Virus genome (UHGV): UHGV-0176192
Direction: 5' to 3' (one strand)
Source of the DNA: a virus
Length of the DNA stretch: 30,447 nucleotides
Below, piece by piece: positions 1-7,612 of the stretch. Both the position numbers and the translations under genes were made by a program. Position 1 is the first letter of the stretch, and every line of letters starts with the position of its first letter. The notes beneath the pieces were generated by a model that did not search any database, was not told the origin of the DNA, and was given only the letters and a program-made list of their open reading frames with translations.

Positions 1-49
1 CTGCACCCTCAGAACATCAGGAGGCCGCCCGAAAGGGCGGTAATAAATA

Positions 50-526
50 ATGCAAGAAATCAAAGAAAATATCAGACAACAGCTTTACGGGTTTTATATT
101 GCTTATGATTTGTGGCTGAGTAATGGGGCGAAACCCGGCGGGGTGTTTTCTCAAAGTTATGGTTTATGCGCCAATCTTTTTGATTATCTCACATTAATTG
201 GTGCCCCCAGCGAAGCGGCACTGGAACAATTACACACGGATTTCAGAAGTACCGGGCTGAATGAGGTGTTGCCATTTAACGAGAGTAAAGGGCATTACTA
301 TGAAGAAAAAGGGAACAACATGTGCCATATGAATCCGGCGCGGGCGGCGTGGGTCAGGGCACAGATGGTGCAGGCAGTGCCGGACGGACTGGTTAAGGCT
401 GTACGCTTCTATGAACAGGTAAAGTGTGAGAATCCGCCAGCTGAAACCGGAGCATGGAAAGACGCTGTTGACTGGGTACTCAAGGAGGCCTGCCAGGCTG
501 TAAACATTGGCAACAAAGGAGAGTGA
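50..526 (+). CDS. hypothetical prophage protein (158 aa)
   Basis: Uninterrupted ORF in the same orientation as the neighbouring phage genes; no motif I can name. Begins right after a GC hairpin (ggccgcccgaaagggcgg) at ~22-40. Confidence 0.5.
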   Translation: MQEIKENIRQQLYGFYIAYDLWLSNGAKPGGVFSQSYGLCANLFDYLTLIGAPSEAALEQLHTDFRSTGLNEVLPFNESKGHYYEEKGNNMCHMNPARAAWVRAQMVQAVPDGLVKAVRFYEQVKCENPPAETGAWKDAVDWVLKEACQAVNIGNKGE

Positions 527-527
527 T

Positions 528-746
528 GTGCCTACATTATTCAGAAAAGAATATCCGCGAAAAAGTAGAGCGACAGAATTTTTGTTTCTCATTCTGTTTA
601 TCGTGTTGATGACACCGATATCCCCGCTAATTTTTGTCTGGGCAATCGGGAAAATAATTGAGCCAGTTATTGAATTGTATAACGACGTGGTATGGGCGTC
701 ATTCAACACACTGCACAATAAAATTAATCCGTATAAGGAAAGCTGA
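528..746 (+). CDS. possible small membrane protein (GTG start, 72 aa)
   Basis: In-frame GTG at 528 preceded by aggag (517-521). Translation has a hydrophobic stretch (FLFLILFIVLMTPISPLIFVWAIG). Fills the 221-bp gap between ORF 50..526 and the HNH gene. Weak call. Confidence 0.25.
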   Translation: MPTLFRKEYPRKSRATEFLFLILFIVLMTPISPLIFVWAIGKIIEPVIELYNDVVWASFNTLHNKINPYKES

Positions 747-747
747 T

Positions 748-1113
748 ATGGCACTGACGAAAAAACAACGCGCAGAACTGCGCATGAAGTTCGGTGGTCG
801 CTGTGCTTATTGCGGCTGTGAACTTGGCGAAAAGTGGCATGCAGACCATGTAAAACCGGTCATTCGTTTTGCTGGAAATATGCTTCACCAGGAGCGTGAC
901 GATATATCCAACATGGTTCCGGCATGCCACCCATGCAATCTGCACAAGCATTGCAGTAGCCTGGAAGATTATCGGCGAATTATCAGTGATGGTCGTCGTG
1001 AATTCCTTGCGTCCGGGAAAGGCAAAGCGCTGGTTCGTATGGGGTTGGTTGAAATGAAATCTGACCCGGTTGTGTTCTGGTTTGAAAAATATCAAGAAGG
1101 GGCTACGGCATGA
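748..1113 (+). CDS. HNH family endonuclease
   Basis: ATG at 748 after aaggaa. Translation has CAYCGCEL...HADHVKP...NMVPACHPCNLHKH, the Cys-pair/His/Asn/His pattern of HNH nucleases. Stop overlaps the next start (ATGA). Confidence 0.8.
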   Translation: MALTKKQRAELRMKFGGRCAYCGCELGEKWHADHVKPVIRFAGNMLHQERDDISNMVPACHPCNLHKHCSSLEDYRRIISDGRREFLASGKGKALVRMGLVEMKSDPVVFWFEKYQEGATA

Positions 1114-1508
1114 CCACTTTTACCAATAGCAAACTAACAGACGAATACGTTTCAAATGCAACGTTGATTCGGCTCATTCTGTGGGCTGACCAGCACAATA
1201 GCCATTATGTTGTAGCGGCTCTGCGCGAGCTACAGGAGCGCCGCAAGGCTGATAGTGTGCCTGTAGAAATCAACGACGACATGGCTTACGCATTCCACCA
1301 TGCGCTTTCTGACTCATCGCCTGGCTCTGATGAAATCGAAGAAATTAAAACCGGGTTGCGTGCTGCCTTTGCCAATGTCACCGTCCAGCCGGTGCTGATA
1401 GTGCCTGATGAAATGGATTTGCTTACCTGCCATCTCGACGGCGTAACTGAAACATATGCTGATGGCTGGAACGCCTGCCGCGCCGCCATGCTTAAGGGAG
1501 ATAAATAA
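1110..1508 (+). CDS. hypothetical prophage protein (132 aa)
   Basis: ORF translationally coupled on both sides (ATGA overlap with HNH gene; TAATG overlap with next gene). Confidence 0.6.
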   Translation: MTTFTNSKLTDEYVSNATLIRLILWADQHNSHYVVAALRELQERRKADSVPVEINDDMAYAFHHALSDSSPGSDEIEEIKTGLRAAFANVTVQPVLIVPDEMDLLTCHLDGVTETYADGWNACRAAMLKGDK

Positions 1509-2071
1509 TGATTAATCGAACCAAACTGGAGCACATTCTCGAATATGCCAGGCAGCAGAAATGTATTGGGCAACTTTGTAAAATTCCACCAGGAGATATG
1601 GTTGAAATCGTGGAAATGGCCATGCGTAAGGCTGGCAACTCTCCGGTAACTCCGGCTCGCCTGCCTGGTGGTTTCACTATTGAGGATGCGAAGGAGTTAC
1701 ATGAAGACCTGGTACGCAGCCACATAAGCCAGGCTTTAAGTGGCGAGAAGATGAAAAAGAAAGATCGTGATGCTGATTTGCGCTGGATTCATGGCGTTAT
1801 AGTACAGGCAGCGTGGTTTGTGAAAGCTTCACTGGATGCGTTGCCTGAACCGCTGCGGGAGGAGAAGGGAGGAAGTGCCAACTGTACTGCCAGTCATGGT
1901 ACAACCGACAATCCACCAGTACCAGGCAAACAGACTGACGAATTAACCATGCTGGTTAAGCAATTGGTCAGTCAACTGAAGAAAGTGAAGCCGGACTGTA
2001 AATTGCCGGATAAGGCGATGGACTACCTGAAGCGGAACGAACTGATAAGTGCGGAGGATGTTTTGCGATGA
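1508..2071 (+). CDS. hypothetical prophage protein (187 aa)
   Basis: ORF with ATG overlapping the upstream stop; no recognisable catalytic motif. Confidence 0.6.
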   Translation: MINRTKLEHILEYARQQKCIGQLCKIPPGDMVEIVEMAMRKAGNSPVTPARLPGGFTIEDAKELHEDLVRSHISQALSGEKMKKKDRDADLRWIHGVIVQAAWFVKASLDALPEPLREEKGGSANCTASHGTTDNPPVPGKQTDELTMLVKQLVSQLKKVKPDCKLPDKAMDYLKRNELISAEDVLR

Positions 2072-2151
2072 CCTGGCCTGAAGCATTCACAACGGTAGGA
2101 ATTGCGATGGCGGTGGCGCTGATGGTGTATTCGATTTGCCGCTGGGGATAA
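2068..2151 (+). CDS. possible 27-aa hydrophobic micro-protein (MTWPEAFTTVGIAMAVALMVYSICRWG)
   Basis: ATG at 2068 overlaps the stop of the upstream gene (ATGA); ggagg at 2053-2057; single predicted TM-like segment; immediately followed by a strong intrinsic terminator. Confidence 0.3.
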   Translation: MTWPEAFTTVGIAMAVALMVYSICRWG

Positions 2152-2156
2152 CAAAC

Positions 2157-2188
2157 AAAAACCCCGGATTGATGGTCCGGGGTTTTTG
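2157..2188 (+). terminator. rho-independent terminator (possibly bidirectional)
   Basis: Stem ccccgga (2162-2168) / tccgggg (2176-2182), loop ttgatgg, followed by ttttt; A-run immediately upstream. Confidence 0.7.
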
Positions 2189-2525
2189 AAGGAAACAAAA
2201 CAGAAACAACAATTGCCGTTATCTGTTGTTACCATGGCAAGTAAACGTATCTCAGGCGAGCGCATTGCGCCGTTCTGACGCAGATAAACTAGCCCGGATA
2301 GATGGTGCTGGCAATAAAAAATAGCGTTTTCTTATCGGTGTCGGTAAGATTGCTGCGGGTGCTTGAGGCTGTCTGCCTCGGGCATGCCACTGTAAGGCAG
2401 ACAGAGAAAAGCCCCAGTTAACATTACGCGTCCTGCAAGACGCTTAACATTAATCTGAGGCCAATTTCATGCTAGACACATGTAGGTTAGCCTCTTACGT
2501 GCCGAAAGGCAAGGAGAAGCAGGCT

Positions 2526-2681
2526 ATGAAGCAGCAAAAGGCGATGTTAATCGCCCTGATCGTCATCTGTTTAACCGTCATAGTGACGGCACTGGTAACG
2601 AGGAAAGACCTCTGCGAGGTACGAATCCGAACCGGCCAGACGGAGGTCGCTGTCTTCACAGCTTACGAACCTGAGGAGTAA
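2526..2681 (+). CDS. hokD: Hok/Gef family type I toxin (51 aa), closest by recollection to HokD/RelF
   Basis: Translation MKQQKAMLIALIVICLTVIVTALVTRKDLCEVRIRTGQTEVAVFTAYEPEE: single TM helix plus the conserved RKxLCE(V/I)R...EVAxFxAYE signature of Hok/Gef toxins. aaggag at 2511-2516. An in-frame upstream ATG at 2469 also exists. Confidence 0.85.
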   Translation: MKQQKAMLIALIVICLTVIVTALVTRKDLCEVRIRTGQTEVAVFTAYEPEE

Positions 2682-2751
2682 GAGACCAGGCGGGGGAGAA
2701 ATCCCTCGCCACCTCTGATGTGTCAGGCATCCTCAACGCACCCGCACTTAA

Positions 2752-2770
2752 CCCGCTTCGGCGTTTTTTT
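2752..2770 (+). terminator. weak intrinsic terminator downstream of hok
   Basis: acccgcttcggcg followed by a T7 run; short stem with ttcg loop. A degenerate copy of the hairpin at 3848-3874. Confidence 0.4.
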
Positions 2771-2896
2771 GTCGCATTATGAGGTTGTAATTTTAGCTAC
2801 CATTAGACTATCCTAAGGATCTAAAACAGATCTATTTTGCATCAAATTTGGCGCATGGCTTTGCCAATAATCGGAAAACAAAAAGGACTCATTAGT

Positions 2897-3076
2897 ATGA
2901 GCTGCCCACTCAAAAAACACACGCGGTTGAGTATTCCGCCTCGCGATAAAAGCGTTGTGGCAGTCCTTCGCCCAGCGATTGATGGAAATTGCACACATCG
3001 CGAACAGGTAAAAAATGCTTTTGGTTTCGGTTTTTCTCGTTACGAGAAGGCCATGGAAGACCTTTCTAAAGTGTAA
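2897..3076 (+). CDS. hypothetical small protein (59 aa)
   Basis: ATG at 2897 preceded by aagga (2883-2887); alternative starts at 2855 (ATG) and 2837 (TTG). AT-rich context. Weak call. Confidence 0.3.
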   Translation: MSCPLKKHTRLSIPPRDKSVVAVLRPAIDGNCTHREQVKNAFGFGFSRYEKAMEDLSKV

Positions 3077-3128
3077 TGGATGAGTGCTGTACTCCATGGC
3101 TGATATTGTTCAAGGTGTGAGGTGACTT

Positions 3129-3338
3129 ATGTTTACAAGTGTTAAGTGCGGCATGTTGATTGCTGCTGGCTCTATATTGAACATATATCCGTCGGTATGC
3201 CCTGCTGCGCCCAGGAATCAGAGTGTTGACTCTGTTATGATTGGGAAGGACTGGAGCAAGGTTGGCGGTGATCTAACGAAAGCTATCGCATCATATGAGT
3301 CACAACAAAGCAAAGAAGAACAACGAAAAAACCGTTAA
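3129..3338 (+). CDS. hypothetical small protein with signal-peptide-like N-terminus (69 aa)
   Basis: ATG at 3129 preceded by gaggtga; hydrophobic N-terminus MFTSVKCGMLIAAGSILNIY. Weak call. Confidence 0.35.
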   Translation: MFTSVKCGMLIAAGSILNIYPSVCPAAPRNQSVDSVMIGKDWSKVGGDLTKAIASYESQQSKEEQRKNR

Positions 3339-3378
3339 TTCAGAGCCTCGTCAACTGAGAGCTGTTGATGAGGATGTT

Positions 3379-3831
3379 ATGGCCCGGGTCATGATGGAAG
3401 ATCCTGATTTACTGGAAAGAGTGAGTCGGCGCCTTCCCTTGGAATTAAAACGGGTTATAGTGTCGAAGATGACTATGTATAGCGGCCCATTGCCAGATCC
3501 AGATACATTGCTTCGCTATAAGCAAGTACAGGATGATGCAGCCGATAGAATTATAAAAATGGCTGAAAAGGAGCAAGCTCACAGGCATTCGACAGATCAT
3601 AAGCGTCTTGATAACGACAGAAAGGCTAAAGCTCTCGGGCAAATACTGGGGATTGCTTCAGTTGTTATGGTTTTAGCGTTATCTGCGTGGCTCGGATATT
3701 GCGGACATCCCGCTTCTGCAGCAACGGTGGCGACAGGGGTCACGGCCTCATTAGCTGCTGTTTTTGTTTTCGGTCAAAAATATAAAACCAAGCAGATGTC
3801 GCTTCAATCTAAAGATGAACCAGATGAGTAG
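3379..3831 (+). CDS. DUF2335-like membrane protein
   Basis: Translation contains YSGPLPDPDTLLRYKQV...DRIIKMAEKEQAHRH followed by two hydrophobic helices; this matches my recollection of the DUF2335 signature (SGPLPPP...L..Y...RI..MAE.EQ.HRH). Start uncertain: ATG 3379 (gagga upstream) or ATG 3295 (overlaps previous ORF). Confidence 0.6.
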   Translation: MARVMMEDPDLLERVSRRLPLELKRVIVSKMTMYSGPLPDPDTLLRYKQVQDDAADRIIKMAEKEQAHRHSTDHKRLDNDRKAKALGQILGIASVVMVLALSAWLGYCGHPASAATVATGVTASLAAVFVFGQKYKTKQMSLQSKDEPDE

Positions 3832-3847
3832 TTGACGGTTGTTTAAC

Positions 3848-3874
3848 CCACCCGCTTCGGCGGGTTTTTTGTTT
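3848..3874 (+). terminator. rho-independent terminator
   Basis: cccgc-ttcg-gcggg stem with tetraloop followed by tttttt g tttt. Confidence 0.7.
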
Positions 3875-3945
3875 TACGTATTCTGGTTTACAATCCACAG
3901 GCCAGCCTGAACAACTGGCACCTGCTGCGCCAGCAGAGAAAACCG

Positions 3946-4218
3946 ATGGCGCACAATACCAAACATCACAATTCTGATACCGACCTTGCCAGCAGGCACG
4001 GGCGGCGTTCTCATACATTCAAATATGACTGGTACCAGCATGACCCCTGCACTGAAGAACAGGCCGAATGGCTGATTCATAACTACCGCAGACGTGGGTA
4101 TGAGTTTAAGAAAGCCCTCAGCCTCGATTATCGTCACTGGATAATCTACGTCAGGCTCCCTTACTCCGAACGCCCACCGCGTCCGTCCCGCACATTCCAG
4201 CAACGCATCTGGAGGTAA
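3946..4218 (+). CDS. hypothetical protein (90 aa)
   Basis: ORF with ATG at 3946; stop (4216-4218) sits 2 nt before the GTG start of the next gene, inside its RBS region. Confidence 0.5.
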   Translation: MAHNTKHHNSDTDLASRHGRRSHTFKYDWYQHDPCTEEQAEWLIHNYRRRGYEFKKALSLDYRHWIIYVRLPYSERPPRPSRTFQQRIWR

Positions 4219-4219
4219 C

Positions 4220-5269
4220 GTGCGGGTATTAGTTCGACCTGCCCTGGTACCGGAACTCGGACTGGTGGTGCTAAAGCCGGGCCGTGAATCCATGCAGGTA
4301 TTTCATAACCCTCGGGTGCTGGTGGAGCCGGAACCGAAAAGCATGCGCGGTCTGCCGTCCGGAGTTGTTCCTGCCGTTCGCCAGCCGCTGGCGGAAGATA
4401 AATCATTACTGCCATTTTTCAGCGATGAGCGGGTAATTCGTGCTGCTGGCGGCGCTGGTGCACTGTCTGACTGGCTGTTGCGTTATGTCAAATCCTGCCA
4501 GTGGCCTCATGGTGACTATCATCACAGTGAAACCGTCATACATCGTTACGGTACCGGTGCGATGGTATTGTGCTGGCACTGCGACAACCAGTTGCGTGAC
4601 CAGGCATCCGAATCACTTGAGCAACTTGCTCAACAAAACCTGGCAGCATGGATGATTGACGTCATCCGTCACGCAATAAGCGGTGCGCAGGAGCGTGAAT
4701 TATCGCTGGCTGAATTATCCTGGTGGGCTGTCTGCAATCAGGTGGCGGACGCACTACCGGAGGTAGTATTACGTCGTTCTCTGGGGTTACGTGCGGAAAA
4801 AATCCGCTCAATGTACCGTGAAAGTGACATCATACCGGGAGAGCAGACAGCCACCAGCATACTGAAGCAGCGCACAAAAAATATTGTGCTATCGCCTCAC
4901 GTCCACCAGCAACAGAACTCACCGCAGGAAAAGGCGGTGGTCAGCATTGCCGTTGATCCGGAGTCTCCGGAATCTTTCATGAGGCGACCTAAACGTCGCC
5001 GCTGGGTGGATGAGAAATACACTCGCTGGGTAAAGATGCAGCCGTGTGCGTGTTGTGGTAAGCCAGCCGACGATCCCCATCACCTGATTGGTCACGGTCA
5101 GGGAGGGATGGGAACAAAGGCCCACGATATTTTTACGCTACCGCTGTGCCGGGAGCATCACAACGAACTTCATGCTGATCCGCTGGCATTTGAAGAAAAG
5201 CATGGTTCCCAGATTGATTTAATTTTTCGTTTTCTTGATCACGCCTTTGCAACCGGTGTGCTCGGGTAA
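4220..5269 (+). CDS. DUF968-like prophage protein with C-terminal HNH-like zinc-finger motif
   Basis: GTG start at 4220 preceded by ggagg (4211-4215). C-terminus has CACCGKPADDPHHLIGHG...HDIFTLPLCREHHNELH. Size and C-terminal motif match my recollection of the DUF968 family (YdfU-type) found next to rusA/Q in lambdoid prophages. Confidence 0.7.
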   Translation: MRVLVRPALVPELGLVVLKPGRESMQVFHNPRVLVEPEPKSMRGLPSGVVPAVRQPLAEDKSLLPFFSDERVIRAAGGAGALSDWLLRYVKSCQWPHGDYHHSETVIHRYGTGAMVLCWHCDNQLRDQASESLEQLAQQNLAAWMIDVIRHAISGAQERELSLAELSWWAVCNQVADALPEVVLRRSLGLRAEKIRSMYRESDIIPGEQTATSILKQRTKNIVLSPHVHQQQNSPQEKAVVSIAVDPESPESFMRRPKRRRWVDEKYTRWVKMQPCACCGKPADDPHHLIGHGQGGMGTKAHDIFTLPLCREHHNELHADPLAFEEKHGSQIDLIFRFLDHAFATGVLG

Positions 5270-5281
5270 AAGAGGTTACTG

Positions 5282-5653
5282 ATGCGTATAGAGTTTGTTT
5301 TGCCTTATCCGCCGACGGTGAACACCTACTGGCGTCGTCGTGGCAGCACATATTTTGTATCAAAAGCCGGTGAGCGTTATCGCCGGGATGTGGCACTTAT
5401 TGTTCGCCAGCAGCGGTTGAAATTAAACCTGTCCGGAAGGCTGGCGATAAAGATTATTGTAGAGCCACCGGATAAGCGCCGTCGTGACCTGGACAATATT
5501 CTGAAGGCACCACTGGATGCGCTGACACATGCGGGGTTGCTTATCGACGACGAACAGTTTGATGAAATCAATATTGTGCGCGGTCAGCTCGTTCCTGGTG
5601 GTCGGTTGGGCGTGAAGATTTGCGAAATTAGAGGTGATAGTAATGGGGCGTGA
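5282..5653 (+). CDS. rusA: RusA-family Holliday junction resolvase
   Basis: Translation MRIEFVLPYPPTVNTYWRRRG...RRDLDNILKAPLDALTHAGLLIDDEQF carries the RusA PPxxN...RxDxDN...D(A/S)L signature; agagg RBS 6 nt upstream. Confidence 0.9.
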   Translation: MRIEFVLPYPPTVNTYWRRRGSTYFVSKAGERYRRDVALIVRQQRLKLNLSGRLAIKIIVEPPDKRRRDLDNILKAPLDALTHAGLLIDDEQFDEINIVRGQLVPGGRLGVKICEIRGDSNGA

Positions 5654-6008
5654 TATGTATGAGGTTTTAGACCGCTGGGGGGCATGGGCTGCAGCAGAAA
5701 ATAGTGGTGTCGATTGGCAGTCGATAGCGGCAGGCTTCAAGGGGCTTCTACCACACGGTAAAAAGTCACGCCTCCAGTGTGATGATGATGAAGGTATTAT
5801 GATAGACGGTTGTGTGGCCCGCCTGCGGAAATATAAACCAGAGGAATATGAGCTGATCATAGCTCACTTTGTTATTGGTATCTCATTACGCACTATTGCC
5901 AAGAAGAGAAGATGTTCAGATGGCACAATTAGGAAGGAATTGCAGACTGCCATGGGGTTTATCAGCGGTGTAATAATAACTATAAACCCCATTATGGTAG
6001 TTAATTAA
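5643..6008 (+). CDS. Q: late-gene antiterminator Q (short QuuD-like type)
   Basis: Translation MGRDMYEVLDRWGAWAAAENSGVDWQSIAAGFKGL...SRLQCDDDEG...GC..RL resembles the short Q family of DLP12-type prophages as I recall it; gaggtga RBS; located directly after rusA as in lambdoid phages. Start could also be ATG 5655. Confidence 0.75.
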   Translation: MGRDMYEVLDRWGAWAAAENSGVDWQSIAAGFKGLLPHGKKSRLQCDDDEGIMIDGCVARLRKYKPEEYELIIAHFVIGISLRTIAKKRRCSDGTIRKELQTAMGFISGVIITINPIMVVN

Positions 6009-6576
6009 TGTGAATCCTATCACCAAGATAGTATAGTCCAAAAAATGTTGAAACAAGCATTTGCCATGTAAGGAATAAAAAGATAATGATATAGCACCAG
6101 TTTGCTATATCATTATTCAGTATGTTTATTAGTGGTGTGATAAAAGCGTTGAAAATCACTATGCATATGCTGAGGGCAGTTAAAAATGAAAATAACATGC
6201 ACAGAAATAATCTTCTGGTAAGTTTCTCTTGAGTGTCAATAATTCTACCATTTTCTTTTGTTCGTGTAATTTTAATAAAAGGAGTGCCATTAGTTCCTAT
6301 CAGAGGGTAGTCAATTTGTTCTCTGTTGAAAGTGGCTATTGCTGCAAGAGCTGCTATATAAAAACCTGGCAGATTTGATACAAATCCAGATATAGACTTA
6401 ATAAAGCCGCCATCTTTTAGTAGGTCTGATGTAGGTATTTTAAATAAATAAAAGTAAAAAAAAGAAATCACAGCAAGCCCGGCAGGTGCATAAAAATCGT
6501 ATGCGCACTTACCACTAATTCCCTTAATGAAAAGGTAACCAAACGGTCTAAATAAATGTGAAAATATACTAATCAT
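6001..6576 (-). CDS. predicted four-helix integral membrane protein (191 aa), second gene of AT-rich cassette
   Basis: Minus-strand ORF; four long hydrophobic segments (e.g. AGLAVISFFYFYLF, FYIAALAAIATF, LFLCMLFSFLTALSICIVIF, CYIIIFLFLTWQMLVSTFFGLYYL); start ATG 8 nt after the upstream stop with GAGG overlapping that stop (translational coupling); visibly AT-rich. Confidence 0.7.
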   Translation of the reverse strand: MISIFSHLFRPFGYLFIKGISGKCAYDFYAPAGLAVISFFYFYLFKIPTSDLLKDGGFIKSISGFVSNLPGFYIAALAAIATFNREQIDYPLIGTNGTPFIKITRTKENGRIIDTQEKLTRRLFLCMLFSFLTALSICIVIFNAFITPLINILNNDIANWCYIIIFLFLTWQMLVSTFFGLYYLGDRIHIN

Positions 6577-6583
6577 ATTAGCC

Positions 6584-7612
6584 TCACATGACCTCGATAA
6601 TCTTATTCACAAACTCCATGTTAATACTATCATAAGAATCCTTTAAGCGCGAAGAAAAACCATTTATTACACTCTTTTTGATAAATGTTTTTTCCAGCCC
6701 ATCCAGCCTTACATTTGAAGTTTGAAGGTCAACTTGTCTTGTGAATCCTGTCTCTGGCTCTTTGAATTTTATTTTTATTAAGTCATAACCTCCATTTTTA
6801 TCTTCTTTAAAGAAGTTTGAGACAGATTTTATCCATCCAAGGACATTGTTGGGGCCATGGTTTGGTACTAAGCGTAAAGTACTTTCTTTAGGAATAATAG
6901 CCGCGTTAACATCTGGCGCATTAATAGTTCTGTATTCATTCTTTACCAAAACGACATCAGAAAGCCCTTCTTTATTTATTTTATTGAACAAATCTTCATC
7001 TAACTTTCCAGATATATCAAAGACTGGCCTGTATAATACTTTTATTTTTTTCTTTGTTAAACTTGATACTTCATTTGTTAAAGTGTTACATGAAAAGATA
7101 TCTTCATTATCTTTGGCTACGTTAAAGAGAACTTTATTCAGGAAACCATTTATTTTTGCTGTGGAAACTCCTGGTATTGGCATAAAACTCATGTCATACG
7201 TTCGCATATTTCCGTCTAGAGAAATAATCATATGAGAAGAAACTTCGTAACCTTCACCTTCCTCATGTTTTGGTGATATTTCGGTGCGAACATCTGTATT
7301 AATGTTTTTTAATACAGTGGTGCTTCCATTTTTATCTACAGCATTAATTAAAAGACCAAGATGGCTGGGTTTTTTATCGGCTCTGTTTGATAAGAATATT
7401 ACATCTTGTAAAGTTAAAACTAAGTCTCCTTTTTCATAACTGTGCATCATTGCTTTACAATGTACTATTTTAGAAGCAAGTTCACGCATTGTTGGTACTG
7501 GGCAAACACAGTTCGATCTGATGCTATCATCAATTTTCTGTGTACGGTATTGTGTATCGATCGTAATAGTATGATGAGTTATTACTCTACTGAATGCGTC
7601 CAGTGTAGCCAT
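6584..7612 (-). CDS. hypothetical soluble protein (342 aa), first gene of AT-rich cassette
   Basis: Long minus-strand ORF with K/N/D-rich composition, no obvious signal peptide or TM segment, no motif I can name; AT-rich relative to flanks. Confidence 0.7.
   Translation of the reverse strand: MATLDAFSRVITHHTITIDTQYRTQKIDDSIRSNCVCPVPTMRELASKIVHCKAMMHSYEKGDLVLTLQDVIFLSNRADKKPSHLGLLINAVDKNGSTTVLKNINTDVRTEISPKHEEGEGYEVSSHMIISLDGNMRTYDMSFMPIPGVSTAKINGFLNKVLFNVAKDNEDIFSCNTLTNEVSSLTKKKIKVLYRPVFDISGKLDEDLFNKINKEGLSDVVLVKNEYRTINAPDVNAAIIPKESTLRLVPNHGPNNVLGWIKSVSNFFKEDKNGGYDLIKIKFKEPETGFTRQVDLQTSNVRLDGLEKTFIKKSVINGFSSRLKDSYDSINMEFVNKIIEVM

Noticed and set aside
2469-2525. In-frame N-terminal extension of hok from ATG 2469 (MLDTCRLASYVPKGKEKQA-)
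   Set aside because: Hok-family toxins are about 50 aa and start at the MKQ/MKL methionine, which has its own aaggag RBS. The upstream ATG may belong to leader regulation (mok-like) but I could not support it as the toxin start.
4161-5396. Minus-strand ORFs overlapping the DUF968-like and rusA genes
   Set aside because: Antisense to well-supported + strand genes with RBSs and recognisable motifs; no RBS or independent support.
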